DNA from: an uncultured archaeon
Lineage (GTDB): Archaea; Altiarchaeota; Altiarchaeia; IMC4; QMZM01
Direction of reading: 5' to 3'
Assembly (NCBI GenBank): GCA_964549685.1
Contig: CAZJVE010000002.1
Location: 32,001-96,000, forward strand
Length of the DNA stretch: 64,000 nt
Shown: piece by piece, positions 37,338 to 46,224 of the stretch
Numbering within the stretch: position 1 is the first letter of the stretch
Layout: the number at the start of each line of letters is the position of its first letter
Program-made: the position numbers and the translations under genes
The notes under the pieces: model-generated
What the model saw: the letters and a program-made list of their open reading frames with translations, nothing else
Told to the model about the DNA's origin: nothing
Databases searched by the model: none

Positions 37338-37976
37338 ATGAGGATGAAAGACTGGGACAGGATTCACGAGGAGAAGTGGAGCAACGTCAACGAGGAGCCG
37401 GACCCCGAGGTCGTCAAGATGATACCCCTCCTCATGAGGAACGGCGTGAAGGACGTCCTCGACCTCGGCTCGGGAGCGGGAAGGAACACCCTGTACCTCG
37501 CAAAGAACGGCTTCAACGTATCGGCCCTTGACATATCCGAGGTTGCCCTGCAGCGCCTGAAGGAAAAGGACTCCTCCATCGAGCGGGTTCATGGCGGAAT
37601 GACCTCCATCCCGCTGGATGACAACTCCTTCGACTTCGTCCTGTGCACGAGAGTGATTCACCACGGCATAATGAACGACATAAGAGCAGCAGCCAACGAG
37701 ATAAAGAGAGTCCTCAGGCCCGGCGGGTTGGTCTTCATAGTAGTCCCCTCGACAAAGGACCCCGCCTACAAGACAGGCAGAGAAATCGAGAAGAACACAA
37801 AGGTCGACATAGACCGGCCGGACGGAGAGATGCCGCACCACTTCTTCACGAAGCAGGACTTCGATGAACTCTTCCCCGACTTCGAGACAGTCGCCCTCAC
37901 GGAGTACGACAGAATCAGCACCTTCAACGAGGAAAGGCAGACGTGCTCGTGGGACTATCTGGGGCGAAAAAAGTAG
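37338..37976 (+). CDS. Class I SAM-dependent methyltransferase
   Basis: VLDLGSGAGRN, ALDIS, FDFVL, RVLRPGG. Confidence 0.92.
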   Translation: MRMKDWDRIHEEKWSNVNEEPDPEVVKMIPLLMRNGVKDVLDLGSGAGRNTLYLAKNGFNVSALDISEVALQRLKEKDSSIERVHGGMTSIPLDDNSFDFVLCTRVIHHGIMNDIRAAANEIKRVLRPGGLVFIVVPSTKDPAYKTGREIEKNTKVDIDRPDGEMPHHFFTKQDFDELFPDFETVALTEYDRISTFNEERQTCSWDYLGRKK

Positions 37977-38036
37977 CTCTGCATAGCAAATAGCGGGTAT
38001 TTATAGAACAATGCACAGATTATAACGGTGTGATGG

Positions 38037-40553
38037 GTGAAAAAGTCTTCAATCCTTTTTATCTTGGTTTTGTTTGCATTGAGTGGTTCAGCAGACGTAC
38101 AAGGATATATGAGTAATTACACTCTTTATCCAACCATTGGCGGGTCTGCACTCACGCAGCTGACAGCAGGCCAGAATACCACATTCAACCTGACGGTCAA
38201 GGAGGGCTCGTCCATAAACGGCGGGAACCTGACTATCGACTATCTCAATGCAAGCAACTCACAGATTGGGGATACGATAAGCTATGGTGTCGTCAGCAAC
38301 ATGACTCCGGTGAATGTTCTGGTACATGAGAACGCATCCAAGACGACGCTTACCGTGTCAAACAGCACCGAATCTAAAGAGGGAAACATAACTATTGATG
38401 TTGTTCCTGCGACTACCACGACTTCTACCACAAGCACCTCAACGACCTCAACAAGCACCTCCACGACATCCACCACCACAACCCTACCCTCCGAAACCAC
38501 CTGCAACTCATGCTCCGACTGCAGCAGCAAGCTGGACGGCAGCTACGACAGGGTCTATCTCAATGCAACTATCTCGGAACAGAGCGGAAGCTGCATCACA
38601 TTCGGAGCCAGCAATGTGGAGCTCGACTGCCAGGGACGCCTAATTAATGGAACACATTCCGGTTCCGGGGTGTACATGTCTTCAAAAACAGGCAACACGG
38701 TCAAGAACTGCGTGGTTACTGACTTTGATTACGGGGTCCAGCTTTCTTATTCAGACAGCAACACCCTCATCAATAACACGGTAAAATACAACATATACAA
38801 CGGATTTAAAATTTACTATTCGGACAACAACGACATCAGCAACAATACCGCGAATAACAACTCGTATGGGATATACACGAATACGGCCGTCAGTAATACT
38901 CTTGATCAGAACTCGGTAAATGATAACCTCTATGGAATCTTTCTCTATTCTTCGTCCACCAACGCCATCACCAACAATAGTCTGGAGAGCAACCTATATG
39001 GAATCTATCTCTCTTCATCCAACAACAACACGGCGAATTCAAACCGGGCCTGCTCCAACACGCAATCGGACTTCTACATATACAGCAGCCTCGACAATAA
39101 CGGCAGCACAAATACCTGCGACGTCCCGGACGGCTGGTCTGACGAAGGGGTGGCGGGCTGTACATATGACTGCACCGGAGCAACCACGACAACAACGACC
39201 ACTGTTTCCACGACGAGTCTGTCCACGACAACTACCCTGCCTGAGACTACCTGCACCACGTGCTCTGACTGCAGCAACAAACTGAACGGCAGCTACTCGG
39301 CCGTGAGGCTCACGGCGTATATAAACGGCCAGTCCGGAACGTGCATTGAGTACAATGTCAGCAACGTGGAATTTGACTGCCAGGGCTATACGATTGACGG
39401 TGACGGCTCCGGTTATGGTAGCGGAATCTGGTTGTATGGCGCGTCCAATAACACAATCGAGAACTGCGTGATTACCGACTTTTACAGCGGCATAAACATC
39501 TCCGTTTCCTCCAACATCACCCTGACCAACAACACTGCAAACCTGAACGCGCTGGGTATTTATATGAAGAACTTCACCAACAGCACCCTTGACACGAACA
39601 CGGCCTGCAATAACACGGTCTTGGACCTTAACATCTCCGGGGGCAGCTCAGGGAACTCCGGCAGCGGGAACACATGCGACAATCCCGACGGCTGGAATGA
39701 TACGGGAACCACTGGCTGCACCACTTTGTGTACCGCAACCACGACAACCACCGTTTCCACCACGACGATTAACGTTACGACAACCACCTTACCTACTACC
39801 ACAACGATTAACGTCACGACCACTACCACTCTGCCCAACGTCACGACAACCACAACGATTAACGTCACAACCACTACCACCCTGCCTAACGTCACAACGA
39901 CTACTACAATTAACGTCACAACTACCACCCTGCCCAACGTTACTACAACTACTCTACCCAACGTTACAACGACCACTCTTACAACCACCACTCTACCCAA
40001 CGTTACAACAACAAGCACTACCTCAACAACTACAACCTTGTCGCCAACAACCCCCTCTGTAACTGCAACCCGGCTTCTTCCTGGCAGTGAGACTGCAGGC
40101 GGAAATCTCACGGTAACTGTCGTTGTTGACGTTAACGAATCCGACCTTCCCGACGCCCTGGGCATAGCTGAAAACGTCCCGGATAACTGGACGATGGTGG
40201 ATAGCGACTGCGGCGGCTTCTATTTCTCAGAGGAGAACCGGGTCGAGTTTCTCTTGAGTGCGCTGTCCCTCTGCACAATAGAGGACCAGAACATCACCTA
40301 TACTCTGCAGATACCCAATGATGCTCTTGGTAACTATACCTTTTCAGGAACGGTGGACTACGGCGGCGACGTAAACCCTGTCGTGGAAGGCGATGCTACA
40401 ATAATGATATCGCTCCTTACCGGCGACCTGAACGGTGACGGAATAGTCGAACTAGGGGAAGTCGTGGATATGATTAATGACTGGGTGAATGGAGAAGCAA
40501 CGCTGAGCGATGCGATAGACGCGATAACGAACTGGGCTTCGCAGGCGGGATAA
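38037..40553 (+). CDS. Secreted surface protein: two Cys-capped parallel beta-helix (NosD/CASH) modules, mucin-like Thr stalk, Ig/cohesin-like domain and twin-Trp C-terminal module
   Basis: Signal peptide, GIYL..S.NN.I.NN repeats, (I/LP)NVTTTTT repeats, GDLNGDGIVELGEVVDMINDW...DAIDAITNW. Confidence 0.88.
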   Translation: MKKSSILFILVLFALSGSADVQGYMSNYTLYPTIGGSALTQLTAGQNTTFNLTVKEGSSINGGNLTIDYLNASNSQIGDTISYGVVSNMTPVNVLVHENASKTTLTVSNSTESKEGNITIDVVPATTTTSTTSTSTTSTSTSTTSTTTTLPSETTCNSCSDCSSKLDGSYDRVYLNATISEQSGSCITFGASNVELDCQGRLINGTHSGSGVYMSSKTGNTVKNCVVTDFDYGVQLSYSDSNTLINNTVKYNIYNGFKIYYSDNNDISNNTANNNSYGIYTNTAVSNTLDQNSVNDNLYGIFLYSSSTNAITNNSLESNLYGIYLSSSNNNTANSNRACSNTQSDFYIYSSLDNNGSTNTCDVPDGWSDEGVAGCTYDCTGATTTTTTTVSTTSLSTTTTLPETTCTTCSDCSNKLNGSYSAVRLTAYINGQSGTCIEYNVSNVEFDCQGYTIDGDGSGYGSGIWLYGASNNTIENCVITDFYSGINISVSSNITLTNNTANLNALGIYMKNFTNSTLDTNTACNNTVLDLNISGGSSGNSGSGNTCDNPDGWNDTGTTGCTTLCTATTTTTVSTTTINVTTTTLPTTTTINVTTTTTLPNVTTTTTINVTTTTTLPNVTTTTTINVTTTTLPNVTTTTLPNVTTTTLTTTTLPNVTTTSTTSTTTTLSPTTPSVTATRLLPGSETAGGNLTVTVVVDVNESDLPDALGIAENVPDNWTMVDSDCGGFYFSEENRVEFLLSALSLCTIEDQNITYTLQIPNDALGNYTFSGTVDYGGDVNPVVEGDATIMISLLTGDLNGDGIVELGEVVDMINDWVNGEATLSDAIDAITNWASQAG
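39765..40015 (+). repeat. Coding tandem repeat (INVTTTTT / LPNVTTTT units)
   Basis: Repeated aacgt(c/t)ac(a/g)ac units, nine NVT sequons. Confidence 0.85.
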
Positions 40554-40558
40554 AGAGA

Positions 40559-40701
40559 GTTCGCCGAGGTTGTGTTCTGAACGTCAGAACCTACGGTTCC
40601 GACACCTCCCTCGCTTATGGTGCGTTAAGTGGGGTCGAGCGATAGCGAGACCCCACAGACTCGCCCCGCGTGTGAACGGAGCGAGCCGTTCGCCGAGGTT
40701 G
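40559..40701. repeat. 129-bp hairpin-rich element bounded by 14-bp direct repeats that duplicate the tRNA-Ser 3' end
   Basis: GTTCGCCGAGGTTG at 40559..40572 and 40688..40701. Internal stems gttctga/tcagaac, gtggggtc/gaccccac, ctcgc/gcgag. Confidence 0.75.
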
Positions 40702-40777
40702 GGATTTGAACCCAAGCTTCCACAAGGGAAACGAGCTTTCCAGGCCCGCGCGTTAGTCCAAGCTCTGCCACCTCGGC
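40691..40777 (-). tRNA. tRNA-Ser (anticodon GGA), no encoded CCA
   Basis: Reverse complement GCCGAGGTGGCAGAGCTTGGACTAACGCGCGGGCCTGGAAAGCTCGTTTCCCTTGTGGAAGCTTGGGTTCAAATCCCAACCTCGGCG. Loop CTGGAAA, long variable arm, G discriminator. Confidence 0.95.
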
Positions 40778-40819
40778 TTAGAATGAGTATATGGATATCT
40801 GATTCAGAACAGAAAAATG

Positions 40820-41491
40820 CTACTTCACTTTGTATCTCAGAACCAGAACACCATCCAGTTTCTTTTCGCTGATGAGCTCTAGATTTATCTCTTTTCCTTC
40901 CTGAAAGCCATCTCCGTCAGCCAGCGTTGGGGCGCTCTCCCCGCCGAATATTCTTGGTGCAACAGCGACATAGAGCTCATCCACCAGCCCTGCTTTGAGG
41001 AACTCGAAGTTTATCCTGGCTCCGCCCTCAATCATCAGCCTCCTGACTCCGAGAGAGCCGAGCATCGTGACGACGTCCTCCGGCCTTGGCCTTTTGCCGG
41101 GCAGGATGAATATTTCTGCCCTGTTCTTCAGCTCCTCTACCTTGGATGTGTCAGAGTCTTCAGAGGTGAATAGAATTATCTTGGACTTGCCGTGGCTCAT
41201 GAAATCCGAGTCCAGGTTCAGCCCGTCGATTGTGCCCATTGCAATCTTGATTGGGTTCTCGGGCAGGCCCTTCTTCACCCTCTCCTGCCTCAGCTTCTCC
41301 GACTTGACGGTGAGCTTGGGGTCGTCTCCGATTGCGGTATTCATCCCGACGAGGACCGCATCGGCCCCGGCCCTCAACTCATCGACCCTTTCCATATCGG
41401 CATCGTTGGAAATCTTAACCTGCCTTCTCTCTGTTGTCGAGATTTTCCCGTCCAGGGACATTGCGCAGTTTATGAAGACGAAGGGTTTCAT
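40820..41491 (-). CDS. 2,5-diamino-6-ribosylamino-4(3H)-pyrimidinone 5'-phosphate reductase (archaeal RibD-C/Rib7 type)
   Basis: Start re-assigned to ATG 41491 (MKPFVFINCAMSLDGKI). VLVG..T...DDPKLTV, IEGG, VDEL...AP...GG..APT. Confidence 0.92.
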   Translation of the reverse strand: MKPFVFINCAMSLDGKISTTERRQVKISNDADMERVDELRAGADAVLVGMNTAIGDDPKLTVKSEKLRQERVKKGLPENPIKIAMGTIDGLNLDSDFMSHGKSKIILFTSEDSDTSKVEELKNRAEIFILPGKRPRPEDVVTMLGSLGVRRLMIEGGARINFEFLKAGLVDELYVAVAPRIFGGESAPTLADGDGFQEGKEINLELISEKKLDGVLVLRYKVK

Positions 41492-41492
41492 T

Positions 41493-44400
41493 TTACATAA
41501 ATTCAGACAGCCCCACCTGCTTCGACAAGTCATTGGTAAAGAGGGAGTCTATGTCCCTCTCCAGCAGCGTGAGCCTCTGGTCCATGTAGGGTGAGCATTT
41601 ATATCTGTCGCATAGGTCGGCGGAGATGCCCAGGTACTTCCTTATCGAGCCCTCAGAGACGGTCAGGAGAAGCCTGTCGCCGCACTTCGTGCATTTCCCT
41701 GAGAGAGGTACCCTCCTGTACGACGCGTTGCATTTCACGCATCGGAACTTCTGCTTTGTAAATGTTCTCAGGTTTCCATAGATGTCCCGCAAGAAGTGGG
41801 AGTTTATCACGAGCTCTGCAACGGTCCTCTCGTCTATGGCGCGAATCTTTTCCGCTACCTCGAGCTGCGCATCCACCTTCTCCCTCATCTTGCCCAGTTT
41901 CAGATACCTTGATTTTATTACCGGGCCGGTTATGTCCCTGGTGGAGTGGGTAAAGCTCAGGCCCGAGTAGGGGTTGCTGTCAAGGACGTCGTTGACGGTC
42001 TTTATCTTAATCTCAGAGGGATTAATTCCCAGCCACGTCTTCTCGTAGAATTCTAATGGATACGAGTCTATTATCTCGACCTTGTGCGCCTCGTCGTCTA
42101 TCTCCCTGGGATTCATTATCGTCGTTATGACAAGCGGGGCGTCCATTTTCCCGCCCCTCTCCTCCGGGAGATATCTCTTGGAGAAGTTTATTAACGTATC
42201 TAACATCAGCATCAGGGAGTCTTCGTCACCATCGGCGTTTCGACGTTTTGCAGCGTGCCAGAAGGGGTGCGCATAGCAGACTGAGGCCCTGTTGAATCCG
42301 ACAATCCTGCCGACTATTCCTGCTGAGGTGTGGGGCGCAAGGCCGACAATGAGATGGCCCAGCAAATCCTCCGGCATCTTTGCATTATAGAATCTCGGTA
42401 AGCCATAGAACCTCTCAAGGAGGTCATCGATGAACCTTGAGACCTTCAGGAGATAGTCGCCGCCGTTCGTTGGTACTATGACGTCCTGTACCCTAAGCTC
42501 CACAATCTGCTCCGGGTTCTTCAGTTCCTCGCCTTTATAGTCTTCCGTATAGCCGAGCTCCTTCAGCATGTCAATGCTGACTCCCACCTCGACTGGCTTG
42601 AAATGTGTAAGGGGGGCATCGGTTGCATCGAATCTTATCGAGCCGTCTTTGAAGACGAAGACATCATTCTTCGCCCTCAGGATTCCCTTTTCCAGTGGCT
42701 CTGGAATCTTATCCTTTGATATCATCCCCTTTACACCCTTTACGTTCAGGACGCGCCCGGCCTTCTTGGTTGCAATAGCCCATAACTCGGCCATGCTTAT
42801 GTCCTTTGCCTGCACCCCCCTTAGCGCGGCATTCTTTCCGCACTGCGGGCATTTCGAGGATATGGTGCTTATTCTGCAGTCGCTGCATTCATAGTTTGCA
42901 ATGTCCACCCTTATTGTGCTGTTCTCGGCCGCAACCCGGATGTCCCTTTCCCTCCCCCCGTAGTCCCCGATTGGGAACAACGAATGCACGGCCGGCCGCA
43001 TCTTCCTCTCCCTGGCCTTCTCCGGGCGGCCCATTCTAGCCCCTATGTATGTCCCTGCTCTGGCCCTTATCGTTATTGGAGAAATTGCCTTGATAAACTC
43101 CAGGGCGGTCTTGCCTGAGAATTTCTCCAGTTTCTGGTTGAATTCATCGAGGGTGAGTCTTACTCCGTCGTAGGCGCCGGTTGGATACAGCAGCGGCATG
43201 TATTCGTCTATTATGATGAGATTGTCCTGCACTTCGTGGGGAACGCCGAGCAGCTCCAGAACCCTTTTCGCCCCTGGATTATTCTCCACAATGAACCTGC
43301 CGTCCTTAATCCCGCCGGTTGAGAGCCAGCCGACAAGGAGCTTCAGCTCCTCTTTGCCGATGTCCTCCCAGAAGTAGGTATAGCACGGGTGCAAGGGAAT
43401 GGAGAATTCCTTTGCAAGCTGCACGGCCTCCTCTGGCCCGGGAACGTCCAGGGGAATCCTCTCGCTCACCTTCTTCGCCTCTAGCTTCCACCACTCCTCG
43501 CAGTATCCTGCAGGAAGAAGCGACGTGTTGGTCTGGAGCATGTCGCCGTAGCTTATGAGGATATCGCCAAGGAAGAGAACCTCGGCAACATCCTTGCTAA
43601 TCTTCCTCGCATATTCCTCGCTCTCCGCCCTGACGACGCTGCCATTCTTGAGCTTTACTATGGGGCCGTCAATCTCATTGCAGTTCGTTATTATGCAGCC
43701 CTTCCCGGGCCGCTCGACCTTTACCTGCGTTCCTGTTGCGATGAATTCGTCGAGCAGAATCATCGTGGCAGGATGCATTGCCTTTGCTGCGATTCCTGTG
43801 GCTCTGCCCCTCCCATATCTCAGCCTGAAGGCGCCCTTGGCCGAGGGGGATGCAAATACGGGCCTGCCCCCAACGGTCTCGGACATGAACAGCTCAAGGG
43901 GCTTTATGCCCTTGTCCCCTTCCACCTTCTTGCCCACATCCGAAAGCCAGCCCCACTCCAGTCCCATGTTGCTGGCATGCTTCATCAGTTTGCCGGATTT
44001 CTGCGCTATCCCCTCCGCAATGACCAGGCACATGCCGCCCCTTATCCTGTTCGTTTCGACCCCTTTCAGGTCCCTGTGGATGGAGACTTCTCTCTTTTCC
44101 GTCGGGTCGCCGTCGACGCAGACGGAGAGGTTCTTCACTATGGACCTTATCTCGTCCTCGGTCGGCATGTACTGCAGCCTTGTAACTCTGTCGTTGTATA
44201 TCTTTATTTCCTCGACGTAGCGCTCTATCTCATCGCCTGTCGGACGGTATCCCTGCAGCCCCGTCTTTGTCCTGAGGTAATCTCCTATGAGGACTGCCAA
44301 TCCCTGTGCTGTTCCTCCTGCGCTCCTTATCGGCCCGGCGAAGTACACGGAAAGGCGCTGTGAACCATCGGCGTTGCTATTTATCTTCACCTTTGAGATT

Positions 44401-44732
44401 CCCTCGATTGGAGCAGCAACAACTCCTTCGGTAATTATGGCGAGCCCCGTCCTGAGGGCCTGTTCGATTCTCTTCTCCTTCACGGGGTTTGGGATACCTG
44501 ATATGTCTCCCAGGAGATAGTCCAGAATCTCCGCAAGGTTTTCCCTGCCCAGCTCCTTAATCTTTGCCGAGATTCCTTCAGGACCGACAAGACCCTCGAC
44601 CCGCGTCGCAAGGTCTCCTGCGGGAAGGGATTCAACGGTAAAGTCGGGGTCCTTGCCCTCTGCACGGGCCTTGTTTGCTATCTCGTACGCCAGGGATATC
44701 TTGTCCCTCAGCTCCGTGAAATATTTTTCCAT
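41493..44732 (-). CDS. polC: DNA polymerase D large subunit DP2 (no intein)
   Basis: TEGVVAAPIEGI, GPIRSAGGT, FRLRYGR, RMGRPEK, GLAPHTSAG, HAAKRRNADGDED, C-terminal Zn finger and PIP box QVGLSEFM. Confidence 0.98.
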   Translation of the reverse strand: MEKYFTELRDKISLAYEIANKARAEGKDPDFTVESLPAGDLATRVEGLVGPEGISAKIKELGRENLAEILDYLLGDISGIPNPVKEKRIEQALRTGLAIITEGVVAAPIEGISKVKINSNADGSQRLSVYFAGPIRSAGGTAQGLAVLIGDYLRTKTGLQGYRPTGDEIERYVEEIKIYNDRVTRLQYMPTEDEIRSIVKNLSVCVDGDPTEKREVSIHRDLKGVETNRIRGGMCLVIAEGIAQKSGKLMKHASNMGLEWGWLSDVGKKVEGDKGIKPLELFMSETVGGRPVFASPSAKGAFRLRYGRGRATGIAAKAMHPATMILLDEFIATGTQVKVERPGKGCIITNCNEIDGPIVKLKNGSVVRAESEEYARKISKDVAEVLFLGDILISYGDMLQTNTSLLPAGYCEEWWKLEAKKVSERIPLDVPGPEEAVQLAKEFSIPLHPCYTYFWEDIGKEELKLLVGWLSTGGIKDGRFIVENNPGAKRVLELLGVPHEVQDNLIIIDEYMPLLYPTGAYDGVRLTLDEFNQKLEKFSGKTALEFIKAISPITIRARAGTYIGARMGRPEKARERKMRPAVHSLFPIGDYGGRERDIRVAAENSTIRVDIANYECSDCRISTISSKCPQCGKNAALRGVQAKDISMAELWAIATKKAGRVLNVKGVKGMISKDKIPEPLEKGILRAKNDVFVFKDGSIRFDATDAPLTHFKPVEVGVSIDMLKELGYTEDYKGEELKNPEQIVELRVQDVIVPTNGGDYLLKVSRFIDDLLERFYGLPRFYNAKMPEDLLGHLIVGLAPHTSAGIVGRIVGFNRASVCYAHPFWHAAKRRNADGDEDSLMLMLDTLINFSKRYLPEERGGKMDAPLVITTIMNPREIDDEAHKVEIIDSYPLEFYEKTWLGINPSEIKIKTVNDVLDSNPYSGLSFTHSTRDITGPVIKSRYLKLGKMREKVDAQLEVAEKIRAIDERTVAELVINSHFLRDIYGNLRTFTKQKFRCVKCNASYRRVPLSGKCTKCGDRLLLTVSEGSIRKYLGISADLCDRYKCSPYMDQRLTLLERDIDSLFTNDLSKQVGLSEFM

Positions 44733-44733
44733 C

Positions 44734-46224
44734 TTAGAAGTGAACCACTGAGACCTCGTGGCTCATAAGGTTCATGACCGGCACCCTGGCCGGGGTGGGC
44801 TCGTGCCCCTGCGCCTCCTGGAACTTTGTCCTGCCCTGGAAGGTACCTGAGTTTATTATCTTTATTCCCCTGTAATCTGCATAGCCGTTTGTATGGACGT
44901 GCCCTGCATGGAATATGTCGGGGATGTCCCGGATGACGAGGTAGTCCTCCCTCTCCGGCGATATGTTGTCGTTGCCGTAGCTCGGTATGAGGTATCTCCT
45001 CTTGAAGTATTCTACCATTGCCGTTTCCGGCCTTGAATAGGTGCAGTTTGCCAGGGAGCCGATTGTCGTGTCCAGCGAGGCCCCGTGGTACATGAGGGTC
45101 TTTACTCCATGGGTCGAGACCGTTGCGGGGTTTCCCACGACATGGACGTTGGGGAGGTCATAAAGGCGCCCGCCAATGTCTTTGTCCAGCCTCGGTTGCG
45201 GTTCTGCGCCCCTGACGGCATCGTGATTGCCCATGGAAAGCACCACCTCGATATAGTCGGGAACCTTCTCAAGCAGCGACGCAAAAAAATCGTACTGTTT
45301 GTAGATGTCGGGTATTGAAAGTTCATCCTCCTGATTCGGGTATATGCCTACTCCATCAACCAGGTCCCCTGCAACAAGGACATACTTTATCCTCTGGAAT
45401 TTATCATGGTTGTTGCACTTGAGGTTCAGGCAGTCCAGGAAGTGGTTGAATTCCTTTTCGAGGAAGAGATAGCTGCCGACATGGATGTCCGAGAGAAGCG
45501 CCATACAGACCTCCTCTTCAGCTGAATTGGTCTTGTTGTCGAGAGGCACGTCGGGCTGGAATACCTCGCTCGCGATGAAGAGGTCCTTGTGCATCTTGCC
45601 CCGTATACCTACCACCTCATCAAGCATGACTCTGCCATACAGCTCGTCCATAAGGCGGTTGCTGTCCTTTGGGATGAGGACAGTCAGCTCTCCGGAGGGG
45701 TCCTCCACCTCGAGGAACCTGTAGCCATTCTTGCTTTCCCTCTTGTCAGTCACCATGACGATTATGGATGTCGTGTCTTCGGGATGCTGCTTCTTGATGG
45801 CACTTATCGGAACAGCGCCCTTGAGAACGTCCCTGTCCCTCAGTATCTCCCTGATGTTCTGGTATTTCTTGTTGAAGTATCCTACAAAGTCCTCTATCTT
45901 GCCCTCGCAGGTGGACTTCTTGGTTATGTCCTTCTCGTCGAATATCTTCAGCTCGGCGTCTATCTCCTTTGCGAAGATGCTTTTGCTGGGCCGTTTAACA
46001 TCTGCTTTTTTCTCATCAATGCTCTCTGTCCCCCTTTCACCCGGGACAAACTCCTGCAGGAATTCGTCCGTAACGAGCCACAGCTTCCTGTCCTTCGCTA
46101 CCTTTAGAATCTCGTTCACGTTCAGTTCATGCTGGGAAATTCTGTCGAATCCGCCAGAACTAAGAACTATCCCATTCTCTGCAAATTTTCTAGTTACCTC
46201 ATCTCCGATGTCCAACAAAACCAC
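44734..46224 (-). CDS. polB: DNA polymerase D small subunit DP1 (proofreading exonuclease)
   Basis: OB fold, SDIHVGS, AGDLVDGVGIYPNQ, GNHD, YHG, HAGHVH, NSGTFQ. Confidence 0.96.
   Translation of the reverse strand: MVLLDIGDEVTRKFAENGIVLSSGGFDRISQHELNVNEILKVAKDRKLWLVTDEFLQEFVPGERGTESIDEKKADVKRPSKSIFAKEIDAELKIFDEKDITKKSTCEGKIEDFVGYFNKKYQNIREILRDRDVLKGAVPISAIKKQHPEDTTSIIVMVTDKRESKNGYRFLEVEDPSGELTVLIPKDSNRLMDELYGRVMLDEVVGIRGKMHKDLFIASEVFQPDVPLDNKTNSAEEEVCMALLSDIHVGSYLFLEKEFNHFLDCLNLKCNNHDKFQRIKYVLVAGDLVDGVGIYPNQEDELSIPDIYKQYDFFASLLEKVPDYIEVVLSMGNHDAVRGAEPQPRLDKDIGGRLYDLPNVHVVGNPATVSTHGVKTLMYHGASLDTTIGSLANCTYSRPETAMVEYFKRRYLIPSYGNDNISPEREDYLVIRDIPDIFHAGHVHTNGYADYRGIKIINSGTFQGRTKFQEAQGHEPTPARVPVMNLMSHEVSVVHF

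Noticed and set aside
40570-40872. 100-aa ORF spanning tRNA-Ser
   Set aside because: It overlaps the tRNA and the hairpin element, so it is spurious.
41493-46224. Inteins in PolD subunits
   Set aside because: The conserved motifs are contiguous, the lengths leave no room, and no LAGLIDADG or HN/C junction is visible.
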